Shown: piece by piece, positions 18,281-33,828 of the stretch
How the letters are laid out: the number at the start of each line of letters is the position of its first letter
Position numbering within the stretch: the stretch's first letter is position 1
From: Bacillota bacterium
GTDB lineage: Bacteria; Bacillota; Clostridia; Christensenellales; CAG-138
Direction: 5' to 3'
Assembly (NCBI GenBank): GCA_023395595.1
Contig: JAEWYO010000052.1
Span: forward strand, 6,617 to 70,616
Length of the DNA: 64,000 nt
Made by a program: the position numbers and the translations under genes
The notes under the pieces: generated by a model
What the model was told of the DNA's origin: nothing
The model's database searches: none
The model's input: only the letters and a program-made list of their open reading frames with translations

Positions 18281-19246
18281 TCAATAAAGCCGGTAAAGCT
18301 CGTCCGCATGCGGTTCTTCGAGAATATTTCCGTCCACAAAGCTGGTATTGCCGACGATGGCTTTGCCGATCACGGCGGCGGGAATGCCCGCTTTTTGCAG
18401 GGCGTTGCAAAGGGCCGCGCCGTCCTCGCAGGCGATAAGCAGGCTGCCGCTGCCGATGAGCCGGAGCGGATCGAGCGAGAGCGCCGCGCAGAGCGCACGC
18501 GTTTCCTCAAGAACAGGAATTTTCATAGAATCAATCTCTACCGAGCAGTGGTTGGCAAAGCCAAGCTCCCAGCTTGCGCCGAGCACGCCGCCTTCGGTCA
18601 CGTCGTGCATTGCAACTGCGCCGTTTCGCATTGCAATCCTGCTTTCGGGCACGATGCTGAGCTGTCCCGCCAGCTTGCACGCTGCTTGAATCTGTTTCGC
18701 AGAAACAGTCGAAACACGATCCGGAAAATCTTCCGCGAGGATAGTCGTTCCTTCCAAAGCGGCGTACTTCGTCATGACGATGTCGTCGCCGGGGCGCATC
18801 CCGCGCAAAACTTGATTGCGGCTTTGTCGCGCGATCACTGTTGCGCTTGTCACCGCGCGGGAGACGGCATCCGTCACCTCTGTGTGTCCGCCGAGAATAT
18901 CCACGTTGGCGAGCTGCGCCGCCGCGGAAAGATCGTCGGCAATCTGCGCAATTTGCTCCATTGTGCCAGTTGTCGGCATCAGAAGCGTCACAAGCAGTCC
19001 AACCGGCTCAGCACCCGCGGCTGCCGCGTCGTTGCAGCTAACGTGAACGGTCAGTCGTCCAAGGTGCGCAACGCTCGCAGACGTGATCGGGTCACAGCTC
19101 AATACCAGTAAATCGCCGTCAAGATCGACCACGGCACAATCCTGCCCAATGGTGGGAGAGGAGAGCGATTCCGGTCGAACGCGGCGGAATTTTTTGAGTA
19201 CCAGACGATCCAGATCGTCGTTGTCGAGTTTTCCAAGTCTAAGCAT
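18281..19246 (-). CDS. AIR-synthase-related (PurM/ThiL/HypE-fold) protein of unknown role
   Basis: About 321 aa with GQDCAVVD, CNDAAAAGAEP and GGHTEVT, typical of the PurM superfamily. ATG 19246 has GGAGAG 10 nt upstream. The TTG at 19264 is an alternative start. Confidence 0.72.
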   Translation of the reverse strand: MLRLGKLDNDDLDRLVLKKFRRVRPESLSSPTIGQDCAVVDLDGDLLVLSCDPITSASVAHLGRLTVHVSCNDAAAAGAEPVGLLVTLLMPTTGTMEQIAQIADDLSAAAQLANVDILGGHTEVTDAVSRAVTSATVIARQSRNQVLRGMRPGDDIVMTKYAALEGTTILAEDFPDRVSTVSAKQIQAACKLAGQLSIVPESRIAMRNGAVAMHDVTEGGVLGASWELGFANHCSVEIDSMKIPVLEETRALCAALSLDPLRLIGSGSLLIACEDGAALCNALQKAGIPAAVIGKAIVGNTSFVDGNILEEPHADELYRLY

Positions 19247-19270
19247 GTATTTCTTTCTCTCCAAGTATTC

Positions 19271-23517
<4,247 letters not shown>

Positions 23518-23603
23518 GTTAGTCCCCCTGAAACAAATCAAGTTATTATACCATAGCGTTTGGCAGGCTAAAACCCGTTGCGACGAAAATCAACAAAAAA
23601 TCG

Positions 23604-23617
23604 TACAAACGTTTGTA
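23604..23617. promoter_or_regulatory. perfect 14-bp palindrome TACAAACGTTTGTA (LacI-family-like operator core) in the pcrA/rdgB divergent region
   Basis: Self-complementary across all 14 nt. Lies 14 nt upstream of the rdgB -35 box. Confidence 0.35.
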
Positions 23618-23630
23618 TTTTTGTTTCGCT

Positions 23631-23659
23631 TTACGAAACGGACGATTCTCTGCTATAAT
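23631..23659 (+). promoter_or_regulatory. candidate rdgB promoter
   Basis: TTACGA (23631-23636), 17-nt spacer, TATAAT (23654-23659). The rdgB ATG begins only 6 nt after the -10. Confidence 0.45.
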
Positions 23660-23665
23660 CTGCCC

Positions 23666-24262
23666 ATGAAATTGATTATTGCATCCAACAATGCGCACAA
23701 GATGCGCGAAATTTCCGAAATCCTTGGCACAGAATTTCCGGACATGATGACGCTCAAACAGGCAGGGCTGGAGATTGATGTGGTTGAGGACGGCGACACC
23801 TTTGCGGCAAACGCGATCAAGAAAGCGGAAGAAATTCGCCTTGCCTCCGGTTTTCCCGCCGCACTTGCGGACGACAGCGGGTTGATCGTGGACGCGCTTG
23901 GCGGCGCGCCGGGTGTTTACAGCGCGCGTTATGCGGGAGATGGACACGACGACGCGGCAAACAACGCAAAGCTGATGCGCGATATGGCGGGTGTTCCGGC
24001 CGAACAACGCACCTGCCGGTTTGCTTCCGCCGTTGCTCTTGCGCGCGAGGGAAGAAAGACCATCTGCGTGATGGGATATGCGGAAGGGCTTCTTTTGACC
24101 GAGGCAAGCGGCGCAAACGGGTTCGGCTATGATCCATATTTCTTTTTTCCGCCGATGGGCAAATCTTTTGCCGAACTCAGCGCGGACGAGAAGAATTCCG
24201 TTAGCCACAGGAAGCACGCGCTGGAAGCGCTGCTGGACGAACTGAGGCAGGAGAAAGAATGA
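23666..24262 (+). CDS. rdgB: non-canonical purine NTP pyrophosphatase (RdgB/HAM1)
   Basis: MKLIIASNNAHKMREI at the N-terminus, plus FGYDPYFFFP and SHR. The longer ORF from 23498 would overlap the pcrA start. Confidence 0.9.
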   Translation: MKLIIASNNAHKMREISEILGTEFPDMMTLKQAGLEIDVVEDGDTFAANAIKKAEEIRLASGFPAALADDSGLIVDALGGAPGVYSARYAGDGHDDAANNAKLMRDMAGVPAEQRTCRFASAVALAREGRKTICVMGYAEGLLLTEASGANGFGYDPYFFFPPMGKSFAELSADEKNSVSHRKHALEALLDELRQEKE

Positions 24263-24732
24263 AACGCATCGCGGTGTTTGCGGACACGCACAACATGTTT
24301 TCCCGCCTGCCGCTGGCGCTGGAGCGGCTGGGCAAGGTGGACATGCTCTTTCACTTGGGTGATTTTGCAATCGACGCGGAGCGGATTGCCGCAGAATTGG
24401 GCGACGTGCCGTATTTTTCCGTCAAGGGTAATAATGACAGCGGAAGCATCTATCCACGCATGCGCATTGAGCGCGTTGAGGATGTCTGGATCATGCTGGT
24501 GCATGGGGATGGCTATCATACGCTTTATCAGATGAGCGACAAGGCGCGCGAGAACAAGTGCGCGGCGGTGCTTTTCGGACACACGCATGTGCCGCTGCTG
24601 CAAGCAGACGGGGAAGTGCTGATTGTCAATCCCGGCAGTATCTCGCTGCCGCGGCAAGGGAGCAAGCCTTCCTGCGCGCTGCTGGAAGTGGACGGCAAGG
24701 ACATCAATGTCAAGATGCTTCCGCTTACATAA
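24259..24732 (+). CDS. yfcE: YfcE/MJ0936-family metallophosphoesterase
   Basis: 157 aa with the motifs DTHN, GD, GNND and GHTH. 4-nt overlap with rdgB. Confidence 0.85.
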   Translation: MKRIAVFADTHNMFSRLPLALERLGKVDMLFHLGDFAIDAERIAAELGDVPYFSVKGNNDSGSIYPRMRIERVEDVWIMLVHGDGYHTLYQMSDKARENKCAAVLFGHTHVPLLQADGEVLIVNPGSISLPRQGSKPSCALLEVDGKDINVKMLPLT

Positions 24733-24794
24733 TTCTTTATCACTTTGAGAAAGCAGAATCCTTTTTCTGCTTAAACATAACCTTAGAAAAGCAA

Positions 24795-24828
24795 AAACCT
24801 CTCGCACAATAGCGGGAGGTTTGTTTAT
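24795..24828. terminator. bidirectional terminator between yfcE and scpB
   Basis: Stem aaacctctcgc / gcgggaggttt (one G-U pair) with a 6-nt loop. T-runs follow on both strands. Confidence 0.6.
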
Positions 24829-24840
24829 GCATCTTTTGGA

Positions 24841-25455
24841 TTATACTACGGGGATTTCTTCGGAGCTGTCTTCAATGATTTCCTGCGAGTAATGTTGAAA
24901 ATTGGGCATCTCATCGACGGTGTGAATCCCGAACTGGCGGAGAAACTTGTCCGTGGTGCCAAAGAGCGTCGGGTGTCCGACCACATCTTTGCGACCAACT
25001 TCGACGATTAGGCCGAGTTTTTGCAGTTGTGTGACCGCATAGTCACAGCGCACGCCGCGCACACGCTCCACATCCGCTCGGGTCACGGGCTGACGGTAGG
25101 CGATCACGGCGAGGGTTTCGAGGAGGGATTGAGATACGCTCTTGGTCTCGTCGGGATTCACCAGTTGCTTGACTTCTTCGATGTAGTCCCGGTTGCTGAC
25201 GAGCTGCGCCGTGTCGTGGGTGACAAGCAGTTGCACACCGCGCCCTTCCAAGCGATAGGAATATTCCATCTCGGAGAGCAGGTTGCGTGTCTTTGGCGTT
25301 GCAAGATCGAGTACACGCGCAAGCTCCGTAATCGCGACAGGATCACCTGCGACAAAGAGCATGCATTCAATCTTGTGTCGAAGCACTTGCTCGTTTCTGT
25401 TCTCTTGTTTGGCTTCTTCGGTTCTCTCTTCCATTATACCCTCATATACCATCAA
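24841..25455 (-). CDS. scpB: segregation and condensation protein B
   Basis: 204 aa with IECMLFVAGDPV and two winged-helix repeats. Follows scpA. An alternative start at MEERTEE (25434) is possible. Confidence 0.87.
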   Translation of the reverse strand: MMVYEGIMEERTEEAKQENRNEQVLRHKIECMLFVAGDPVAITELARVLDLATPKTRNLLSEMEYSYRLEGRGVQLLVTHDTAQLVSNRDYIEEVKQLVNPDETKSVSQSLLETLAVIAYRQPVTRADVERVRGVRCDYAVTQLQKLGLIVEVGRKDVVGHPTLFGTTDKFLRQFGIHTVDEMPNFQHYSQEIIEDSSEEIPVV

Positions 25456-25494
25456 TTATTCGCTCTTGATCTTGGGTTGCGATCATAGAGGAAC

Positions 25495-26265
25495 TCAATC
25501 TTCCGATTCATCCATGTATTCATAATTATCGTCGTCGAGAAGGAGCTTGTCTGCGCTGATATGAATCGGCGCAAACGGCGCTTTTTGTTTGAGAAGGATT
25601 TCGCCGCGCGCGATCATCTCCAAGAGAGCCATAAATGTGGAGATAATTTCTGTGCGCTCCGCGTTTTCGTCAAACAACTCTTCAAACGAAACCGCGTGCT
25701 TTTCAAGCAGGACGGCGCGAATTTTCGCCGTTTGGGATCGCACGGTGTAGCGATCCGGGTTGACGTGCTGGGAGCGAATGACCTCCGGCTCGTCCTTTTT
25801 GCGCGCCAGCATCTCAAGAAATGCGGCAAAGAGCCCGTCCATAGTTGCGCCGTCAAGCGCGACTTCCTTTGGCGGAAGCGGAATATCTTCCGGCAGGCGT
25901 GTGTGACTGTTCTTTGCGCCTTCGAAAAGGGTTTTTAGCTGTTCGCTCGCTTCCTTAAACGCCTTATAGTCTCGAAGTTGCCGAATCAGCAGCGTCTCCG
26001 GGTCTTCCTCCGCTTCGTCTTCCTTCGGCGGGCGGGGCAGGAGTTGCCTGCTTTTGATGTAGAGCAGCGTTGCCGCCATGGTTAAAAATTCGCTTGCCGT
26101 GTCCATATCCAACTCGTCCAGTTGATTCATATAGGAAAGATACTGCGCCGTGATCTCGGAGACGAAGATGTCCTTGACATCCAGTTCGGCTTCTTCGATC
26201 AGGTGCAGCAGCAAGTCGAGCGGTCCTTCAAACTGTTGGAGTTGTACGGTATACGGCATTTGCAT
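25495..26265 (-). CDS. scpA: segregation and condensation protein A (kleisin)
   Basis: 256 aa with FEGPLDLLLHLIEE at the N-terminus. Confidence 0.88.
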   Translation of the reverse strand: MQMPYTVQLQQFEGPLDLLLHLIEEAELDVKDIFVSEITAQYLSYMNQLDELDMDTASEFLTMAATLLYIKSRQLLPRPPKEDEAEEDPETLLIRQLRDYKAFKEASEQLKTLFEGAKNSHTRLPEDIPLPPKEVALDGATMDGLFAAFLEMLARKKDEPEVIRSQHVNPDRYTVRSQTAKIRAVLLEKHAVSFEELFDENAERTEIISTFMALLEMIARGEILLKQKAPFAPIHISADKLLLDDDNYEYMDESED

Positions 26266-26287
26266 TCCTTGCAGGTTTTTGTTATTT

Positions 26288-26941
26288 TTACAGCAGATTG
26301 ATCAGCCAGACGGCGACGGAGAAGAAGCCGCTGGAGATGCCGGAGATCAAGTATCCGAGAATAAAGGACGTCGCGCCGGAGATGATGAGCCCCAGCAGGA
26401 TGATCTGGCCATACTGTCGCAGAAACATGAACACGCGCGGAATCTTATGCATCAGCAGGCTCTCCGCAACATGGGAACCATCGAGAGGATAGATCGGGAT
26501 CAGGTTGAAGACCGCCAGTGTCAGGTTAATCGTGATGATCGACCCAATAATGCTCATGAACGCTTCGTTTGTCGCAAGACCCCACTTGAGAATGCCCGCA
26601 ACGTAGACAAATGAGAACAAAAACGCAACGACAAGGTTGGTCACGATTCCCGCGAGGGAAACAATGATATCATCCCGTCGATAGTTCTTGAAGTTGCGCG
26701 GTGTGACCGGCACAGGCTTTGCCCAGCCGAAGCCGACCAGCAGAAGCATCGCAAATCCGATGGGGTCAATGTGCGCAAGCGGGTTAAGGGTCATACGCCC
26801 GAGGTTCTTCGCCGTCGGGTCGCCGAGGCGATTGGCCGCATAGGCATGTGCCCATTCATGGACGGTCAAACCGATGAGGATCGCTGGCAGCACATAAAGA
26901 AACTGCAACGGGTTTTGAAAAAGTTGAGCGAGACGTGACAA
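26288..26941 (-). CDS. site-2 protease (peptidase M50) family membrane protein
   Basis: 217 aa, polytopic, with HEWAH zinc motif and later NLIPIYPLDG. TTG start with an AGGAAGGGAG RBS. Confidence 0.8.
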   Translation of the reverse strand: MSRLAQLFQNPLQFLYVLPAILIGLTVHEWAHAYAANRLGDPTAKNLGRMTLNPLAHIDPIGFAMLLLVGFGWAKPVPVTPRNFKNYRRDDIIVSLAGIVTNLVVAFLFSFVYVAGILKWGLATNEAFMSIIGSIITINLTLAVFNLIPIYPLDGSHVAESLLMHKIPRVFMFLRQYGQIILLGLIISGATSFILGYLISGISSGFFSVAVWLINLL

Positions 26942-27133
26942 AATCGCGTTCTCCCTTCCTGATATTTCTTAAAAATGTAACGTTCGTGATGCGATGTTTT
27001 ATGAATCACAACGAAATCGTTGCCACAATTATACGCGAACGGGCAAGCGAACGCAATCAACCGAAACTGCACCGACGGATTTTCCACAGACTGTTCACAA
27101 AGAAACACCGTCAAACATGATGCTGCCGCAATT

Positions 27134-28837
27134 CTATTTTTGCTCCGCGTGTTCGCGCAGACGCTGAATCAGCGCGGTGTCCGGCGTGACATACAGCGTT
27201 CGATTGGTGGAGTAAATCACCATACCCGGGCGCGCACCAGAGGGCTTTTTGACGAATTTTCGCGGCGTGTAATCGATTGGAACACCTGCGGACGAGCGGA
27301 ATTGCGAATAGTATGCCGCAAGGTTTGCCGCCTCGCGGAGCGTGCTCTCCGGCGGTTCGCCTTCAAAATCGATGATGACGTGCGAACCCGGAATATTCTT
27401 TGCATGCAGCCAGATGTTTTCCGAGTGCGCGGCTTGCAGCGTCAGCGCGTCATTTTGACGGTTGTTTTTGCCGACATAAATGACGATTCCATCGCTTGAG
27501 ACAAAGCGCATCGGTGCGGAAGATTTGTTCGCGGGCTTTGCCGCCTGCGCTTTCTCCGGGCGGAGATAGCGTTCCCGAATCAGTTCGTCTTTGATCTCGC
27601 TGAGTTCATAGAGCGTGTCGCATTTATCAATGTTTTCGAGCTGGCCTTCCAGATAGGCAATCTCGCTTGCAAGACCTTCCACTTGGCCTTCGGCATACGC
27701 TTTGCCGAGTTTACCTTTTCGGTAGAGCTTGAAATATTTCTTTGCGTTGTCCTGCGCGTTGAGTGCAGGATCGAGGGCGATGATGCGCTTTGCGGGCGGA
27801 TCGACAAAATAATCGTCCACGACGAGTTCTGTCATGCCGGGCTTTGCAAGATGCAGGTTGGCGAGGATGAGTTCTCCGCTGATGCGGGCGGTGTCATGCG
27901 CGTCGCTTTGTTGAATCGTCTCCAGAAACGCGGCATACTTGTTCTGCGCGCGGCTGAGCGCGGTGGAGACCGTGTGCCGGAGCGCGGCGCCATGACGCCG
28001 GATGCGGACGATCTGGTCGCGGTCGGCATAGTAACGATCCAACGCATCGCTCATGCTCGCGGCTGGCTCGATTTTTGCGTAGAGATTGGCGGGCACAAAC
28101 GGTAGCGCGACTACGGGCTCACCGTCTTGATTCAACGCGACACATGGCGCGTAGTTGCCGGATTTCATTGATTGCAGCAACGAATAGAGTGCGGCGGGGG
28201 ATTGCGCCGCCGAAAGCAAGGCGATTGCACTCTGCTTCGAGACACCGTCATACGACGCGGTCATCGCGCGAACTGGATCACTGGAAGCAAAGACCACGTC
28301 AAACGATTCTTTCTGCGCCGCAAACGGATCGAACTTGTTTTGCGAGACAATAGGCTCATAGGGGAAGCCAGGCAGGAGGATGCGTGCGCCGTCGTTGTTG
28401 GCGGAGACACGGCGGAGACAATCGACAATCGCGCCAGACGGCTCCAACAGCAAAAAATTGCCGTGCTTTCCGGTGAGTTCGATGATCAGTCGAAGCGATA
28501 CCTCGTCAAACAACTCGTTTCGCGCGAGGATGACGATTTCGCAGACGCGATCCGCGCCGATTTGGCGAATTGAGCAAATACGTCCGCCGATGAGACGACG
28601 GCGCAGCAGCATGCAAAACGCAGGTGCGTTCATCGGGTTGTCAAAAGAGCGGCTGGTGAGCTGAATGCGCCCGTTTTCGGGGTGCGTGCTGACAAGTAAT
28701 TTCAAATTCGCATTGTTTGCCCGCACAACAAAGAGCAGCAAGTCCTTTTCGGGCTGCTGCACCTTGTCAATCTTTCCGCCGATGAGCGGTTGCAGTTCGT
28801 GAATCACCGCGCCAAGCGCGATGCCGTCCATTGCCAT
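27134..28837 (-). CDS. rqcH: ribosome quality-control factor RqcH (NFACT/FbpA family)
   Basis: 567 aa. NFACT-N N-terminus (MAMDGIALGAVIHEL), a coiled-coil middle, and NFACT-R with WLHAKNIPGSHVII. Confidence 0.85.
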   Translation of the reverse strand: MAMDGIALGAVIHELQPLIGGKIDKVQQPEKDLLLFVVRANNANLKLLVSTHPENGRIQLTSRSFDNPMNAPAFCMLLRRRLIGGRICSIRQIGADRVCEIVILARNELFDEVSLRLIIELTGKHGNFLLLEPSGAIVDCLRRVSANNDGARILLPGFPYEPIVSQNKFDPFAAQKESFDVVFASSDPVRAMTASYDGVSKQSAIALLSAAQSPAALYSLLQSMKSGNYAPCVALNQDGEPVVALPFVPANLYAKIEPAASMSDALDRYYADRDQIVRIRRHGAALRHTVSTALSRAQNKYAAFLETIQQSDAHDTARISGELILANLHLAKPGMTELVVDDYFVDPPAKRIIALDPALNAQDNAKKYFKLYRKGKLGKAYAEGQVEGLASEIAYLEGQLENIDKCDTLYELSEIKDELIRERYLRPEKAQAAKPANKSSAPMRFVSSDGIVIYVGKNNRQNDALTLQAAHSENIWLHAKNIPGSHVIIDFEGEPPESTLREAANLAAYYSQFRSSAGVPIDYTPRKFVKKPSGARPGMVIYSTNRTLYVTPDTALIQRLREHAEQK

Positions 28838-28891
28838 TGGTTGTTATTACTCCGTTTTCTGTTGAGAGGTATATCTAGCGAGAAGCGAAGC

Positions 28892-29194
28892 TTACTCCGG
28901 TTTCTTAAAACGGTCAAGAATCAATCGATACCCGCCCGCACCGTATTCCAGACAGCGGTTCACACGGCTGATGGTCGCGCTGGACGCATTAAACCGATGC
29001 GCAATGTCCTGATAAGTTTCGCCTGCGTCAAGCTGCCGCGCAACCTGCCAGCGCTGCGCCATAGCCTGCAATTCATTGATGGTGCACATGTCTTCAAAGA
29101 ATTGATAGCACTCCGAAAGGTCGCGCAGGGAGAGAATCGCATGAAACACGTCGTCCAATTCTTCGCTGTTGAGCCTGGAAACATATGCGTCCAT
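28892..29194 (-). CDS. YerC/YecD (TrpR-like) small DNA-binding protein
   Basis: Contains LSLRDLSECYQFFEDMCTINELQAMAQRWQVA and ATISRVNRCL. Start at MDAYVSRL assumed. The ORF extends to 29242. Confidence 0.78.
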   Translation of the reverse strand: MDAYVSRLNSEELDDVFHAILSLRDLSECYQFFEDMCTINELQAMAQRWQVARQLDAGETYQDIAHRFNASSATISRVNRCLEYGAGGYRLILDRFKKPE

Positions 29195-29331
29195 AGAAGG
29201 ATCACCTTTCGTTTGCGGAGTGTCGTAGTGCTCTTTGATCAATATGCATCTATTTTATTCGCTTTCATACTGGAAAGCAAGAAAAAAGGGCATACCCTAT
29301 GGTATGCCCAAAGTTGAAAACCGAACTGGGG

Positions 29332-29595
29332 TTACAGAGCCGCAGCGCGCTTTTTTGCCAACTGCGCTTTTTTGCGGGCGGCAGCATTCTTGTGGATCAT
29401 GCCCTTAGCGGCAGCATGATCAACTGTGCTGACGGCCGTCAAATACGCTTTTTCGGATGCGGCAGAGTCCCCGACCTGCAGAGCTTCATCAAAGCGGCGG
29501 ATAGTCGTCTTCAGTTCGGACTTGGCCGCGCGATTATTCAGCGTCTGCTTCGCGGTGATTTTGACACGCTTCATGGCGGACTTGATGTTTGCCAA
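29332..29595 (-). CDS. rpsT: 30S ribosomal protein S20
   Basis: 87 aa. Starts MANIKSAMKRVK, basic and all-helical. Confidence 0.93.
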   Translation of the reverse strand: MANIKSAMKRVKITAKQTLNNRAAKSELKTTIRRFDEALQVGDSAASEKAYLTAVSTVDHAAAKGMIHKNAAARKKAQLAKKRAAAL

Positions 29596-29824
29596 AACAA
29601 TTCACCCCCTATTTCAGTCTCACATTTCATTCGAACAGAAGTTAGTTTAGCATACCACGCGGGATAATGCAAGCAAAATATTGCGTTTGCACGTAAACGC
29701 GAAGTGACACAACACGGGATCATTCCGATCAAACTCTTACTTATTATAATGCGCTTGCGTGATAATGTTGCAAGGATTTCTGATCACGGAAGGACATTTT
29801 CACATTTTCGTTGCATTTTCAAAG

Positions 29825-29852
29825 TTGACGCGTCGAGCAATCGTGGTATAAT
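29825..29852 (+). promoter_or_regulatory. groESL sigma-A promoter with extended -10
   Basis: TTGACG (29825-29830), 16-nt spacer ending in TGG, then TATAAT (29847-29852). Confidence 0.6.
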
Positions 29853-29863
29853 TGTTCTCGTGA

Positions 29864-29890
29864 TTAGCACTCAACAAAAAAGAGTGCTAA
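29864..29890 (+). promoter_or_regulatory. CIRCE operator (HrcA binding site)
   Basis: Exact consensus TTAGCACTC-N9-GAGTGCTAA, 12 nt after the -10 and 43 nt before groES. Confidence 0.92.
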
Positions 29891-29932
29891 CAAGCTGAAA
29901 AATAACTATACTACATAGGAGGCGAAACTCGT

Positions 29933-30217
29933 ATGAAACTGAAACCTTTGGCCGATCGCGTTGTTGTTATCAGCATCGAGAACGAAGAGGTTGTCAAGGG
30001 CGGCATCGTGTTGCCGACCGCAGCAAAGGAAAAACCGCAGATGGCTCAAGTGATCTCGGTTGGCCCCGGCGGAGTTGTGGACGGCAAAGAAGTCGTCATG
30101 TATGTCAAAGCGGGTGACAAAGTGATCTGTTCCAAGTATTCGGGCACTGAAGTCAAGCTGGATGACAAAGAATACCTCATCGTCCGTCAGAGCGATATTC
30201 TCGCGGTCGTAGAATAA
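29933..30217 (+). CDS. groES: co-chaperonin GroES
   Basis: 94 aa. Starts MKLKPLADRVVV and contains GGIVLP (mobile loop). Confidence 0.97.
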   Translation: MKLKPLADRVVVISIENEEVVKGGIVLPTAAKEKPQMAQVISVGPGGVVDGKEVVMYVKAGDKVICSKYSGTEVKLDDKEYLIVRQSDILAVVE

Positions 30218-30232
30218 TTCAGGAGGAAATGA

Positions 30233-31864
<1,632 letters not shown>

Positions 31865-31888
31865 AAGAAAACAGTACAAGCAAAATCA

Positions 31889-31927
31889 AAAGAGAGCATG
31901 GAGAAAATCCGTGCTCTCTTTGTTTTG
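31889..31927 (+). terminator. intrinsic terminator after groEL
   Basis: About 12-bp stem aagagagcatgg / ccgtgctctctt (one G-U pair) followed by tgtttt. Confidence 0.75.
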
Positions 31928-31944
31928 CAAGATGATAGCAGCCC

Positions 31945-33564
31945 TTACGGTGCCGTCGCCGGTGATGTCGTTGGTGAGGGAGAGGGAATCGGCGAAGGTG
32001 TTGGCATGATGCCTACTTTTTTCCTGAGTGGATTGCCGGGGTAAACATCGGGTCCGGGAACCCGATAGATCTCTTCGACCTTTTCGCCATTGACGTAGTG
32101 GTCGATGAACACATCTACAATGTACTTGTTTCGCGCCGGAGCTTGAATCTCCTCTTCTCCAATATAGAGTTTCTTGGTCTCGGTGATCTCGTCCGGGCCG
32201 GCTGATTCTTCGGAGACAAGCACCGTGCGGGTCTTGTATTCGTGCCCTTCCGGCAGTGCCTTGCCATAAATGACCACATTAATGTCCCGTTTGCGGCTCT
32301 TAAACTTCTTGTTCTCGGAAGGATATGCGTAGATATACAAATCGTTCTCCGAAATATTCTTGAACTTGAAGTCGATGTGGTTTGTGTCAACGGTTGCGTC
32401 CAAGCCCATATCGACATAGGTCGAAGGGAAGGAGTGGAACTGACGTTCAACAATCTTCACATATGGATAGATCTGCAATACCGCATTATACAGCGTGGTG
32501 CTGACCTGACAAACGCCACCGCCTGCTTGCGGTGTTGTGCGGTCTCCACCGTAGATGCCCTGCGCCATTTTCCAGCCGTTTTCAATCGTACGGTCGCCAA
32601 CAACGTTATTAAAACTGAATGTTTCTCCGGGTTTTAAAACATATTTCGAAATCGCTTCCGCAGCCTTTTCCACGTTGAATGCGCGATTGGGGATATACTC
32701 CATCTGCTCCGGTGTGGATTCCGCCGTACCTTTGAAGTCATATGTTGTGGTGAATTTTGCAATCAGCGAGAAATTCGCTTGAATGTCTGCGATTGTTCTG
32801 GAAGGCGGAATGTTTGTAATCGTCGGAGTCAACGTGGTTTGCCATTGGCAGGCTTCGATTGCCTGCTTGACCAGCGCAACAGTAGAGGCGACATCTAAAC
32901 CGATGCCAGGCGTACCTTCCACATATTGCGGACTGGGTTTCCCGCTTTTGGAGAAATCCATGGTTACGCTTGCGTCCACGGGCGGTTTGCTGGAGGTCTG
33001 GTTGATTGCGTCTATGCGGGTTGCAAGCGCGGCTTCATCGATGCTGATCTTCGTAGAATAGTACTGGTTTGCGCCTCCGGCAAGCGCCTGCTCAATGACT
33101 TCATCGAGGTTAGATGAGACACTCATATCAGCGCCGGTGACGGTTGCGTTGATCTCTGCGCCGGAGAGCGTGATGGCGATACGTTCCATCATCGTGGTTT
33201 CGTTGGACTCTAGCTGCGGACGCACTTCATCCACTGTTTTACCAGAGACATCCATGCCATTGATCACAACCCCGCTGCGAAATGTGCCATTTGCTAGATC
33301 GACCACTTTGGGCTCGGAACAGCTTTTGACCAGCACGAGTACGGCGACGATGATCAACACCAAAAAGAAGAGGCTCATGCCTGCAAGCAGCATCTTGCGT
33401 TTGCGTGCCTTCGCTTTGCGCGCGCTCAGCCGTTTTTTCGAGTTATGATTCGGCATGGAACCATAATCCGTCTGCGGGTTGGATGACCTCACAGGACGGT
33501 TGGTGTTTTGCTGCGCAGATCTTGTTGTGTCGGGCAAGCCCGAGTATTTTTCGTACATGGCCAA
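31945..33564 (-). CDS. VanW-family cell-wall protein with N-terminal TM anchor and Pro/Ser/Thr-rich tail
   Basis: 539 aa. Basic N-terminus plus a TM segment, peptidoglycan-binding-like repeats, a VanW core (GGGVCQVSTTLYNA) and a G5-like C-terminal part. Confidence 0.82.
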   Translation of the reverse strand: MAMYEKYSGLPDTTRSAQQNTNRPVRSSNPQTDYGSMPNHNSKKRLSARKAKARKRKMLLAGMSLFFLVLIIVAVLVLVKSCSEPKVVDLANGTFRSGVVINGMDVSGKTVDEVRPQLESNETTMMERIAITLSGAEINATVTGADMSVSSNLDEVIEQALAGGANQYYSTKISIDEAALATRIDAINQTSSKPPVDASVTMDFSKSGKPSPQYVEGTPGIGLDVASTVALVKQAIEACQWQTTLTPTITNIPPSRTIADIQANFSLIAKFTTTYDFKGTAESTPEQMEYIPNRAFNVEKAAEAISKYVLKPGETFSFNNVVGDRTIENGWKMAQGIYGGDRTTPQAGGGVCQVSTTLYNAVLQIYPYVKIVERQFHSFPSTYVDMGLDATVDTNHIDFKFKNISENDLYIYAYPSENKKFKSRKRDINVVIYGKALPEGHEYKTRTVLVSEESAGPDEITETKKLYIGEEEIQAPARNKYIVDVFIDHYVNGEKVEEIYRVPGPDVYPGNPLRKKVGIMPTPSPIPSPSPTTSPATAP

Positions 33565-33828
33565 CCTTTACCAGAAAAGATATTTATTGTACTATCGAAA
33601 TATGTATCTGATTATACACATCCACAAGAACGCAAGCAACAGTTTCCGCCGACAATGCGGTGGGATACTCGTGTGCGCGTGCGGCTTCTTCTCGTAAGTT
33701 TTCTTTGCAAATGATTTAGTTTTCTTTCTCTTCTGTTTCTTCTAGTAAATACTTCTTTTAAAATTGAGTAATTTCGTAGTCTGGCTCGTATGATAGGTGA
33801 ATACAAAAGAGCAGGAGGTGATAGGAGC

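Noticed and set aside
23604-23617. Possible LexA (Cheo/SOS) box upstream of pcrA
   Set aside because: The Firmicute LexA consensus is GAAC-N4-GTTC. TACAAACGTTTGTA cannot be aligned to give GAAC and GTTC half-sites at that spacing.
29704-29898. 64-aa plus-strand ORF upstream of groES
   Set aside because: It contains the groESL promoter and the CIRCE operator within its reading frame. There is no RBS, so it is non-coding regulatory DNA.
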